Notes: generated by a model from the letters alone, not told the origin. A stretch of 40,622 nt of DNA from Candidatus Altiarchaeota archaeon (GCA_043804895.1 JAZDIN010000007.1:1-40622), one strand, 5' to 3'; shown: positions 19,701 through 27,538, counted from the first letter of the stretch. Numbers and translations: made by a program.

Positions 19701-22071
19701 GTTCAACAAAACCGGGCAGTACACGTTCAGCCCACTGGACGTCACATACAACGACGACAAGGGGAACGCGTTCATGCGCGGCAGCGCGGAATTGACAGTG
19801 GACGTGAGAGAGGAGTCTGAGGAAATTAGGCAGACCGTGCAGGAAACGAAGCCTGACATCAACATCGACCTTGACACCTACTCGTACACGTTCATAAACA
19901 TCCCGGTCATACTGAACATCAAGCTATCAAACAGCGGCGCATATGCGATGAGGAAGGTCACGTTCCTCGAACACCTCCCTGAGGGGATAAAACTCACGAA
20001 GCTGCCTGAGGGCGTTGCAGAGATAGAGCCGAACGGAATAAGACTGTCCTCGATTGAACTTACGCCCTCAAAGACCGGCATGTACACGATAAAACCGATA
20101 GAGGTGTACTACGAGGATTTGAAAGGGAGCAAATACGTGAAAGCCAGCAACCAGACCACCCTCGAGGTGGTCGAGAGGCCGCCCGCAGACTACAAAAACT
20201 ACATGAACGCGGTGGAGATATTCAAAAGATACGCCCAGTCGCAGGAGTCTAACAGGAACTGGTTCCAAGCAGGCGACGGATACCGGCAGATTGCAGGCAC
20301 ATACGGCCGCTTCAGAAGCGATGACACCCTGATGGGATACCACAGCAAGTCAATCGAAAACTACCGCAAATACGTTGAATCCAGCAAGCCCGAAGAAGCG
20401 GAAGACAAAACGAAAATCAAAAGGCAGGCTGACGCGTACTGGTTCGCAGCAGAGGCACACCGAAGCCTCAACCAGCTTGACGATTCAGTGAGAGCCTACG
20501 ATGAATCGATAATCTTATACCAGCACGGTGGGATGGACAACCTCGGCAACCGCTCTAAAGCCTTGAAGCTGAAGGCCGAGGGAGTCAAGGCCATAAGACT
20601 CGGGATGTACGAGAAAGCAGGGGAGAAGCTGAACGAGTCCCTGGCCCATATCAACGAGGTCATCAAGGCGGGAGGGTATGACGCCGACGGACTGGAGTTT
20701 TTGAAGAAAAACGAGGACGAGGCTAAGAAGATGCTCGAGACCCTCCTTACAAAGCCTGAGATAAGCGTTGTCGTGGAAGCCCCGAGGACTTGCCAAGTCG
20801 GGGACCCTGTCACATTGAAGGCGACAGTAACAAATCCCCTAAGCTACGGCATAACCGGCGTACGCTCGATAGTCAAGACAGTCGAAGGCGTGGAGGTAGT
20901 GGAGAATGGCAAGCCAGTGGACAGGATAGATGCAGGGAAAAACGCAGCAACCGAGTTCAAGATACGGTTCAACAAGGCTGGGCAGTACACGTTCAGCTCC
21001 CTGGATGTCACATACAACGACGATAAGGGGAAGTCCTACATGGTAGGCAGCAACGAGACGAAGATATCAGTAGGCGACAGCGCCCAAACAAGGATAATAC
21101 GGCCTCTCGGGGATTTTGGCAAACCGTCCCTCTCGCTTGATTTCGGAGTGGAAGCCAAGGTGAAAGCCCTCGTCGAGACTGAAATCACAGGAGTCGTATC
21201 AAACGACGGGACAGTGGACGTACTTGGCGTAAGGTTCATCGGGAACAACACAGACGATGTGGAAGTGCTGGAGGCGCCGAAAGAAATCGGATCCCTAACA
21301 GCCGGCGAGAGGATGGAAGTGAAGGCGAAGATAAAGGCCCTGAAGACAGGTACATTCCAATTCAACCCGTTCGAGTTCTTCTACAAGGACAAGCAAGGCA
21401 AACGGTTCTTCAAAGGAAGCAACCAGTTGACAGTCAACGCGCAGGAAGCTGAGGCGAAGAAAATCCAACAAGCCAGGGCATCATCGGAAGCCGAAGAGGC
21501 GAGGTTAGTGGACATAAGGGGCAGATTGGATGCGATACTCACCACCCTAGCGGACAACTCTGTCGTACTAATATCCTCAGACCTCGAGAAGCACAGCCAA
21601 GTCACGACAAACACACTGGACATCCTCATAAACCAGAAACGGATGGGCGGGGTCTATATCAGCGTAAGCCGGCCGTGCGAAGTAATACTTTCGGAACTTA
21701 AGGCTGAGGGTGTGCCGGCTGAGAACATACGCTTCATAGACTGCATAAGTCTGATGGCTGGGAAAAGCAGGGGGAAAGAAATCGAGAACGCAGTGTTCAT
21801 AGAGAATCCGAGCTCACTTGAGGAAATCAGCATGTACTTGGACAACATGCTCTCCAAAGTTAAAACCCAGAGGAAGTTCATCATCCTCGACTCTCTGGAC
21901 AGCGCCCTCATATACAACACAGACAAGAGCGTGAGGGAATTCACCCACTTCATAATCAACAGGATACGGCTTGAAAAGATAACCGGAGTCATATTAGCGA
22001 TGGAAAAGAAGGAAGCAGAAGACATAGTCAGGACAGTAGCATCAATGTGCGACACGGTAATAAAACTCTGA
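16741..22071 (+). CDS. Giant cytoplasmic protein: SNAP/TPR-like solenoid, repeated helical + Ig-like modules, C-terminal inactive KaiC/RecA-fold domain
   Basis: 1776 aa with no signal peptide or TM. Recurring A..Y..AA..Y helical repeats over aa 1 to about 610. Five beta-sandwich units (N.G...V.F...TG...P.EV.Y.D.KG). C-terminal GVYISVSRP/FIDCIS/IILDSL/CDTVIKL without a Walker A motif. Confidence 0.85.
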   Translation: MDFLKGAKLELLHLQAENSLKKGDFRSALKHYEELFSMSLDGAGEASVAYYLERIGDCYDNLDHHGHKERIEDHRKAAENYVKSADRYRKLRNHEKAGEIYEKGAKAYEEVDDFTSAAEFYKESATMFSEVRDYVNASYAYNTAARYYEKDGKFDDAAKNYQESAICDMRIKDTASAATSFKKAAQTYENAKNWAKAIDAYAGSVEIDLINRHYLDVADTYDRMADCYYETNDQKNAVYYHIKSAELKDANSDKNGAGLSYRKVGTIYENAGEYDHSIEYFLKSAKNYYGASSFQQEGASYMNAGRVYELKGDFEKAGDSYLEAGKSNRVGRNEPLAEEGFLKAAQSYSKAAEKTEDKVKSAELNMKAALAYSEIKSYERSADSYNKYAELMSAAGDKVHADEGFRKAAEEYVKGGKIWGAAEAYVNHEDYKRASELYDAHANERAAKKDNFGAANSYMEAGNCYRRLGNEAVMKARLERAVYYFTKFIEETKDKDKSEKAMLLLGDSFRKIGECNKTLAELMDAQRHLTKAEEYYLKANDADRLNLARALRLKVDGVKAIDHGYYPQAEELLRESQTLLDASIKSGAWKREYAKILAEGLEEAKELVEKIKLKPEVVLDVDRYSYTFLNIPVILNLTLSNNGKYTMKDVTFLEHLPEEIKLTKLPEHMPEIVSGGVKSSSIELNPAKTGLHMLKPVEVYYEDQKGHKYVKASNEVVLEVVERPPTDYKNYASALEIFRKYAQSQESNKNWFQAGDGYRQMAVTYGRFRTDETLTGYLTKSVENYRKYVEAYRNLGETDDKTRVKRLADANWFAAEGLRNLNQMDDSIRHYDESIPLYRRGKMENLANRSAALKLKSEGVKAIRLGDYGKAEGKLNEALVYIGEVIKAGGYDTDGLEFLKKNEDETRKMIETVKAKPEINVIVSAPKSAQQGETVTMKATITNPLAQDVLSVRPMVKTVEGVEVVENAKPVGGLKAGGSADTEFRVRFNKTGQYTFSPLDVTYNDDKGNAFMRGSAELTVDVREESEEIRQTVQETKPDINIDLDTYSYTFINIPVILNIKLSNSGAYAMRKVTFLEHLPEGIKLTKLPEGVAEIEPNGIRLSSIELTPSKTGMYTIKPIEVYYEDLKGSKYVKASNQTTLEVVERPPADYKNYMNAVEIFKRYAQSQESNRNWFQAGDGYRQIAGTYGRFRSDDTLMGYHSKSIENYRKYVESSKPEEAEDKTKIKRQADAYWFAAEAHRSLNQLDDSVRAYDESIILYQHGGMDNLGNRSKALKLKAEGVKAIRLGMYEKAGEKLNESLAHINEVIKAGGYDADGLEFLKKNEDEAKKMLETLLTKPEISVVVEAPRTCQVGDPVTLKATVTNPLSYGITGVRSIVKTVEGVEVVENGKPVDRIDAGKNAATEFKIRFNKAGQYTFSSLDVTYNDDKGKSYMVGSNETKISVGDSAQTRIIRPLGDFGKPSLSLDFGVEAKVKALVETEITGVVSNDGTVDVLGVRFIGNNTDDVEVLEAPKEIGSLTAGERMEVKAKIKALKTGTFQFNPFEFFYKDKQGKRFFKGSNQLTVNAQEAEAKKIQQARASSEAEEARLVDIRGRLDAILTTLADNSVVLISSDLEKHSQVTTNTLDILINQKRMGGVYISVSRPCEVILSELKAEGVPAENIRFIDCISLMAGKSRGKEIENAVFIENPSSLEEISMYLDNMLSKVKTQRKFIILDSLDSALIYNTDKSVREFTHFIINRIRLEKITGVILAMEKKEAEDIVRTVASMCDTVIKL
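18580..21075 (+). repeat. Intragenic tandem duplication with a period of 1269 nt (423 aa)
   Basis: KPEVVLDVDRYSYTFLNIPVILN at 18580 recurs as KPDINIDLDTYSYTFINIPVILN at 19849. Long near-identical peptides occur in both copies (NWFQAGDGYRQ, GLEFLKKNEDE, VKTVEGVEVVEN). Confidence 0.95.
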
Positions 22072-22090
22072 ACAGGCCTATCATCTAATT

Positions 22091-22121
22091 TATTAATGCG
22101 GCATTAATATAACATTAATGT
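22091..22121. promoter_or_regulatory. Palindromic operator upstream of the antitoxin gene
   Basis: TATTAATGC-G-GCATTAATA (22091-22109) and ACATTAATGT (22112-22121). ATTAAT occurs at 22092, 22103 and 22114. Confidence 0.7.
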
Positions 22122-22127
22122 GGGACT

Positions 22128-22370
22128 ATGGTGCAGGCTATCATAAACATCGAAGACCAGACAAACCGCGTCATCAACATGGTTAAGGCCAAATACGGCC
22201 TAAGGGACAAGAGCGAAGCCATCAACGTAATGGCGCAACAGTATGAGGAAAAAGTACTGGAACCACAGCTTAGGCCGGAATACGTGAAAAAGGCCAGGTT
22301 GATAATGAAGCAGAAACCGATAAAAGTCGGCACCGTGGGAGCGCTCAGGAAGAGGATGGGCCTGACTTAA
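22128..22370 (+). CDS. Putative antitoxin (DUF2683-like, ribbon-helix-helix type)
   Basis: MVQAIINIEDQTNRVINMVKAKYGLRDKSEAIN...EPQLRPEYVKK. Adjacent to a RelE-like toxin gene. Confidence 0.8.
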   Translation: MVQAIINIEDQTNRVINMVKAKYGLRDKSEAINVMAQQYEEKVLEPQLRPEYVKKARLIMKQKPIKVGTVGALRKRMGLT

Positions 22371-22639
22371 CGCGGCCTGTATATCCTGTCGTGATGGTCA
22401 TAGTCTTCCAACGTCACTGTCTTCGTTTTCTCATCCACTGAAAAGGCCAGGACAAAGTGTTTGTCTATGTGCACCCTCTTCCACTTATTCAAAGGCGTGC
22501 GGAGGTTCTTGTACCTATTGGGATTCTCCAACACCTCCTCTGTCTTCTTCAGGATGATCTCAACATGCCTCCTATTCCTCTTAGCCAGCTTGGAAAACTC
22601 CCTATCCAACTCCGGCTTAATGGCTAACTGGTACACCAA
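22367..22639 (-). CDS. RelE/ParE-superfamily toxin
   Basis: 90 aa. Motifs Y.L.I...LDREFSKL, NPNRYKNLR, KRVHIDKHFVL and DYDHHDRIY. TTG or GTG start. Confidence 0.82.
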   Translation of the reverse strand: MVYQLAIKPELDREFSKLAKRNRRHVEIILKKTEEVLENPNRYKNLRTPLNKWKRVHIDKHFVLAFSVDEKTKTVTLEDYDHHDRIYRPR

Positions 22640-22685
22640 TTAAACACTCATCGGCGGATATATAAAAGCAGTCTAATAGTATACC

Positions 22686-23630
22686 ATGGCCGAGAAGGAC
22701 AAGGATGTGTTTCAGCAGTTTCGGCAGTTGACTGATGAGATACACAAGAAGATTATCGGCAACGACGAGGTCATAGAGAACATCCTGATTGCGATTTTCG
22801 CCGGAGGCCACATACTCCTTGAGAGCGTCCCTGGTATGGGTAAGACGGTGCTGATTAAGGCTGTCGCCGACACCATGGACATGAACTTCATGAGGATACA
22901 GTGCACCCCGGACCTGACTGCGACAGACATCATGGGGAAGGTGAACTACGACGAGACGAAGAAGGAGAACGTCCTGGAGAAGGGCCCAATATTCACCAAC
23001 CTCCTGCTCATAGACGAGATTAATAGGGCGCAGCCGAAGACGCAATCCGCGCTCCTTGAGGCGATGGCCGAGGCTGAGGTGACGCTCGCGGGGGTGTCGC
23101 ACAAGCTGCCGCAGCCGTTCACGGTCCTTGCGACTGAGAACCCAGTGGAGCAGATGGGCACGTATCCGCTCCCGGAGGCGCAGAGGGACCGTTTCATGTT
23201 CATGTCAGTGCTACAGTACCTCTCACTCGAGGAGGAGATGATGATAATAAAGACGAAGTTCAAGGACAGCGCCATAGCGCCGATATTCAACCCTCCCGAG
23301 GTTCTAATCATAAGGGAGGAGATAAAGAACAACGTCACAATGTCCGACTCCGTCCTCGAGTACGCCCTGAAGATAATAGGTGGCACAAGGACGAGAAGGG
23401 AGGTCTCAACCGGCGGAAGCCCGAGAGCGACGATAGACTTCTGCAAGGCAGCGAAGGCGAGGGCATTCTTCAGGGGCCGCGACTTCGTCAACGCTGAGGA
23501 CATCAAAATGCTCTCCTTCCCGGTGCTTCGGCACAGGATAATATTAAACCCGGATTCGAAGGACTTCGGGATAACAACAGACGACGTGATAGCGAAGGTG
23601 CTGGAGCACGTTGAACCTCCAGTAGACTGA
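22686..23630 (+). CDS. MoxR-family AAA+ ATPase
   Basis: GHILLESVPGMGKT, RIQCTPDL, LIDEINRAQPKTQSALLEAM, ATENPVEQMGTYPLPEAQRDRF, GSPRA and VLRHRI motifs. Confidence 0.95.
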   Translation: MAEKDKDVFQQFRQLTDEIHKKIIGNDEVIENILIAIFAGGHILLESVPGMGKTVLIKAVADTMDMNFMRIQCTPDLTATDIMGKVNYDETKKENVLEKGPIFTNLLLIDEINRAQPKTQSALLEAMAEAEVTLAGVSHKLPQPFTVLATENPVEQMGTYPLPEAQRDRFMFMSVLQYLSLEEEMMIIKTKFKDSAIAPIFNPPEVLIIREEIKNNVTMSDSVLEYALKIIGGTRTRREVSTGGSPRATIDFCKAAKARAFFRGRDFVNAEDIKMLSFPVLRHRIILNPDSKDFGITTDDVIAKVLEHVEPPVD

Positions 23631-23633
23631 AAA

Positions 23634-26006
23634 ATGCGAAAAATCACAATAGCACTCTTGACACTGCTCCTAGTTCAAACGCAGGTCTGCGCCGACGCCC
23701 CTCGCATGAACCTCCAGGCTAAATGGTCCTACAACACGAGAGGCCAGATAGGGGGAATGGTCCTAGCAGACTATGACGGGGACGGAAAGAACGAAGTCTA
23801 CATAGGCCTCAGGAACGACACGATACTCGTCCTAGACAGGTACGGTTCAAAGGTGGCGGAGTTCGCGTTAGGCAACGCATCGCAGATAGGGGGCGTATAC
23901 TCCATGGACGTCGCCGACGTGAACGGCGATGGCATGAAAGAGCTGATATTCGGCCTCGGCGGGGCGAAGGAGGTCAGGACGTACGAGGCCCATGACTTTG
24001 AAATCGGCGACAAAACCCTCACCCCAAAGGACAAGGTGCTCTACAGGGTCGTCAGAAAACACGGCGGAGTCTACGTCACAGGAACTGACGGCACGATGGT
24101 CTGGAGGTACCTTACTGACGACAGCGTCAAATCAGTCCGACACTTCCAAAGGCCCGAGGGCGCGTTCATCGCCGCTGGAGTCGGCGACCTAGTGATATAC
24201 ACCTACAACGAGAGGAGCAACGAGGAAATAGAAGGCAAGGAGGTCTGCACTGAAGAGGAGGTGACTGATGAGGAGGCGAGGTGGACATCTGAGACGGACT
24301 GCAAGAACCACACCAAATGCTGCGAAGACCTCCTTGATTGCGCCTGCAGATGGTCGGAAAAAACCCTTGAAGACGGCCAGACCGAGGACGTCTGCTACAG
24401 AAGCTACACCGAACTAGTGTGCGGGAAGGAGAAGTACGAGCAGGGGTGGCATCTCGTCGACTACCGGGAAACCAACGGCACGCTCACAATACTTGACAAC
24501 AACGGGAAGCTTAAGGGGAAGTATGACATACGCCTCCTGGACGATAAAGGGAAAATCGTGGCTGAAGCAGACAACTCCCTACTTGGAATCTACTCAGCCA
24601 AGATGGGGCAAATCTACGAGGAAATCCTCACCGCCTCAAGCAACGGACAATTAACCGTCCTGAATGTGACAAACCTGACTAGAATCCAATCTTCATGGAA
24701 GACCATAGAAGAGTACCTGACCGACAGAAAGACTGGGGATGTCATGTGGGCGCAGGCGATTGAGCTTCGCGCCGTCAGCGCAGCAGACATAAACAACGAC
24801 AAGCTCACTGAGGTCGTGACAGGCAGCGGCGGTGGGCTGGTAGCGACATACGACAGCCGCGGTAAGCTCATGTGGAAGCAGAAGGTAGACGCAGCCGTAA
24901 CCGACATCACAGTGGACGACATAGAATCAGACGACTCCAAGGACATAGTCGTCTCATCAAGGGATATGAGCATCTACGTCTACGACCCTGAAGGGGACCT
25001 ATCATGGAGCTACCAGGCCGACGACTCAATCTACGGAGTGGAAGTTACAGACCTGGACGACAACAGCCTCAAGGACATACTGATATTCACAACCCAGAAG
25101 GTCGAACGGTACGAGACCACGGAGTTCTACATCAAAAGGTTCAGGGCTGACAGCTACTACTCAAAGGCGTACGACAAATTCGTAGCCGAAGACTACACGG
25201 GAGCGAGCATATTCCTTGATCGGGCCATAAGCCTCTACAGGGAGATAGACGACCGCGACGGCATACCCAAGTGCAACACCCTCCGGGCGAGGATAGACGA
25301 CGAGTTCAAGCTGAGGAACAAACAGGATGCTGACAGGCTGTACAACCTAGCCCTCAGCTACTACGCCTCAAACGACCTTGAGAACACCATGAAAAACGCG
25401 GATGCCGCCCGCATAATATACGAGAAGATAGGCGACAAAGAGGGGATAGGAAGATGCGACTCACTCGAGGCAAACGCGAAGGATGAGGCCAGGACCCAGA
25501 AGAAGATCATGGCAGACGGGTACTACGGCAAGGCCGTCACGCTCAGCAGCTTCCAAAACTACACCGGCGCATTGGAGCTCATTGATAAAGCGAAAGAGAC
25601 GTACGCCGAAGCAGACTACTACAATGAGACCGTGAAATGCGACATGTTCGTGTTAGGCATAGCCGACAGGCACTACCGCCTCGCCGAGGCCGCGTTCAAA
25701 TCAGAAGATTATGTGAAGGCGATATCATATGCGAAAATTGCAAGAGACCTCTACCTAAGGGCAGGAAGTGTCAACGCGTCTGAAACCGCAGGCGAACTGT
25801 TAAGGGAAGCAACCGACGCAATGAACAACCCCAAGCCTAATAGGGGGGCAGACATGGACTACATGCCATACGTACTAGGAGCGGCGGCTGTAATCATCCT
25901 CCTCGCAGCCTACTCCAGGATAAAGCGGCCGAAGACCCGTGTCATGAGAATGCCGCCGCAGGCAGCGGATGAGGAACTGGAGGCGCTTGAGAAAGAGAAC
26001 CTATAA
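23634..26006 (+). CDS. Secreted, C-terminally membrane-anchored FG-GAP/VCBS-like beta-propeller + TPR-like protein
   Basis: Signal peptide MRKITIALLTLLLVQTQVCA. Five DxDxDG-like loops (DYDGDG, DVNGDG, DINNDK, DIESDD, DLDDNS), a Cys-rich insert, helical repeats, TM YVLGAAAVIILLAAY and an acidic tail. Confidence 0.8.
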   Translation: MRKITIALLTLLLVQTQVCADAPRMNLQAKWSYNTRGQIGGMVLADYDGDGKNEVYIGLRNDTILVLDRYGSKVAEFALGNASQIGGVYSMDVADVNGDGMKELIFGLGGAKEVRTYEAHDFEIGDKTLTPKDKVLYRVVRKHGGVYVTGTDGTMVWRYLTDDSVKSVRHFQRPEGAFIAAGVGDLVIYTYNERSNEEIEGKEVCTEEEVTDEEARWTSETDCKNHTKCCEDLLDCACRWSEKTLEDGQTEDVCYRSYTELVCGKEKYEQGWHLVDYRETNGTLTILDNNGKLKGKYDIRLLDDKGKIVAEADNSLLGIYSAKMGQIYEEILTASSNGQLTVLNVTNLTRIQSSWKTIEEYLTDRKTGDVMWAQAIELRAVSAADINNDKLTEVVTGSGGGLVATYDSRGKLMWKQKVDAAVTDITVDDIESDDSKDIVVSSRDMSIYVYDPEGDLSWSYQADDSIYGVEVTDLDDNSLKDILIFTTQKVERYETTEFYIKRFRADSYYSKAYDKFVAEDYTGASIFLDRAISLYREIDDRDGIPKCNTLRARIDDEFKLRNKQDADRLYNLALSYYASNDLENTMKNADAARIIYEKIGDKEGIGRCDSLEANAKDEARTQKKIMADGYYGKAVTLSSFQNYTGALELIDKAKETYAEADYYNETVKCDMFVLGIADRHYRLAEAAFKSEDYVKAISYAKIARDLYLRAGSVNASETAGELLREATDAMNNPKPNRGADMDYMPYVLGAAAVIILLAAYSRIKRPKTRVMRMPPQAADEELEALEKENL

Positions 26007-26007
26007 C

Positions 26008-26550
26008 ATGGAAAACAGAGTCAAGTGGGCGCTGACAGCTATCATCGTGATAGCGATTCTTGTCGCATTGAACCTCAGGCTAAGCCCCACCCTGATAACC
26101 TACGCCCTCGCTTGCGCAATCGTTGTGACAGCGCTTTTGGTGTTGAAGCCGTCAGACCAGACGCTGTCGATGGACCTCAGCCATAAGATGAAGCGCGATG
26201 GCGGGATAAAACTGGACAGCAAGGAGAAGAAGCTACTCACCTTCCACATACTCGCCCTACTTGAGAAGAAGGAGGATGTTGACATGAACGAGCTGGCAGA
26301 GGAATTCAACACGAGCGTATACCAGCTGAACGACATCGTCCGAATGCTTGGCAAACACGAGCTAGTCACAATCTTCTACCCTCCTATGCACAACTTCCCC
26401 ATCCTCAGGAGGGGCGACGCTGAGAAGAGCAGGAAGTTCAGGCTCAACATATTCAAGTCGATAGTCAAGGGCAAGGAGTCTAACGGGTCTAAGATGGACG
26501 AGTTCGCGAAGGAGGTTGAAGAATACCTTGAAAACGTCAAAAGAAAATAA
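26008..26550 (+). CDS. Two-TM membrane protein with a cytoplasmic winged-helix domain
   Basis: Start at the ATG 1 nt after the upstream stop. Two N-terminal hydrophobic helices, then ILALLEKKEDVDMNELAEEFNTSVYQLNDIVRMLGKHELVTIFYP, which is wHTH-like. Confidence 0.7.
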   Translation: MENRVKWALTAIIVIAILVALNLRLSPTLITYALACAIVVTALLVLKPSDQTLSMDLSHKMKRDGGIKLDSKEKKLLTFHILALLEKKEDVDMNELAEEFNTSVYQLNDIVRMLGKHELVTIFYPPMHNFPILRRGDAEKSRKFRLNIFKSIVKGKESNGSKMDEFAKEVEEYLENVKRK

Positions 26551-27538
26551 AGCCACGGGCGCGTGGAAAATCCTCCTCACAGCAGCCTTGATGCTCCAAG
26601 CAACCTCAACAGCACAGGCAAACGACTACAGGACAGTAGAATCCTGCGCACTGGAATCCTCCCCCGGGTCCTGCTGGCCGGCCCAGATTATCTACTACGC
26701 CGGGGACCACACCTTCTGCAGCACAGGCGGACTCCCCTATTGGGTCGGATTCTACAGCGGACCGTCTAAGGGAGGATGCTACGAAATACTGTCCGTGGCA
26801 TGCAACTGCAAGGACCAGTTCGACTGCATAGTATTGCAGCCTCCAATTCCCCCCGATGTCGGTGCCAACGTCGAGGCCGGCGACATATTCAGCGTCTGGG
26901 ACTACTACCCCTCATGCTACGAGAGCCTCCCCTCCTCCATATTCCTTGACGTCGGCAACGACACAGACTACGAATGGTATGCGCCACGATGCTTCAGGGG
27001 CCCTGAGACGGTCGACGTCACTGAAAGCTTGAACAACTACGTCCGAGGCGGCTGCTGGTGCACGGGCTGCGTGTACGACAGTGACAGCAGAAACTGCACA
27101 GTCCCAGTCGTCTTCAAATCAGATTATCCTGGATGGTTCACAATCGACAACGTCAAACTCACGTTCACTAAGCTCAACACCCTCGGGGAAGTCACATACG
27201 GCACTCCCTTCAGAAACAGCGAAGGAGGATGCTGGATGATACAATATAAAAAAGACCCAGAAACCTACACACCCATCCTCCCAGTGCCTGCTGATTACCA
27301 CGGTGGAGTCTGCGACATGCCCGACTACGTTTACAAGGAAAAGTCAGGCCCCATCACCACAGACGACGCTGTGGACGATGCGGTGTACCGGCTCCTCAAC
27401 GGAACCCTCGACACAAACGGTGACGGCATAATGGACTTGGAATACAAAAGGGATAAGATGGAATTCCAGACTGAAGGGAAGATAGGAGTCCAGACACTAT
27501 GGGGGCCGATTCAGATGAGGCTGGTCGTATGGTCCTAG
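26528..27538 (+). CDS. Secreted Cys-rich pilus-associated/adhesin-like protein
   Basis: Sec-like signal ending TAQA, many Cys, and a DTNGDG loop. The C-terminal DDAVYRLL...LWGP...LVVW resembles the ends of archaeal pilus-locus proteins. TTG start 11 nt after GGAGGT; alternative start at 26516. Confidence 0.6.
   Translation: MKTSKENKATGAWKILLTAALMLQATSTAQANDYRTVESCALESSPGSCWPAQIIYYAGDHTFCSTGGLPYWVGFYSGPSKGGCYEILSVACNCKDQFDCIVLQPPIPPDVGANVEAGDIFSVWDYYPSCYESLPSSIFLDVGNDTDYEWYAPRCFRGPETVDVTESLNNYVRGGCWCTGCVYDSDSRNCTVPVVFKSDYPGWFTIDNVKLTFTKLNTLGEVTYGTPFRNSEGGCWMIQYKKDPETYTPILPVPADYHGGVCDMPDYVYKEKSGPITTDDAVDDAVYRLLNGTLDTNGDGIMDLEYKRDKMEFQTEGKIGVQTLWGPIQMRLVVWS

Noticed and set aside
18580-21075. 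Diversity-generating retroelement TR/VR pair
   Set aside because: The duplication is about 1.2 kb, in frame, with differences at all bases rather than adenine-specific ones. No reverse transcriptase is in the window.
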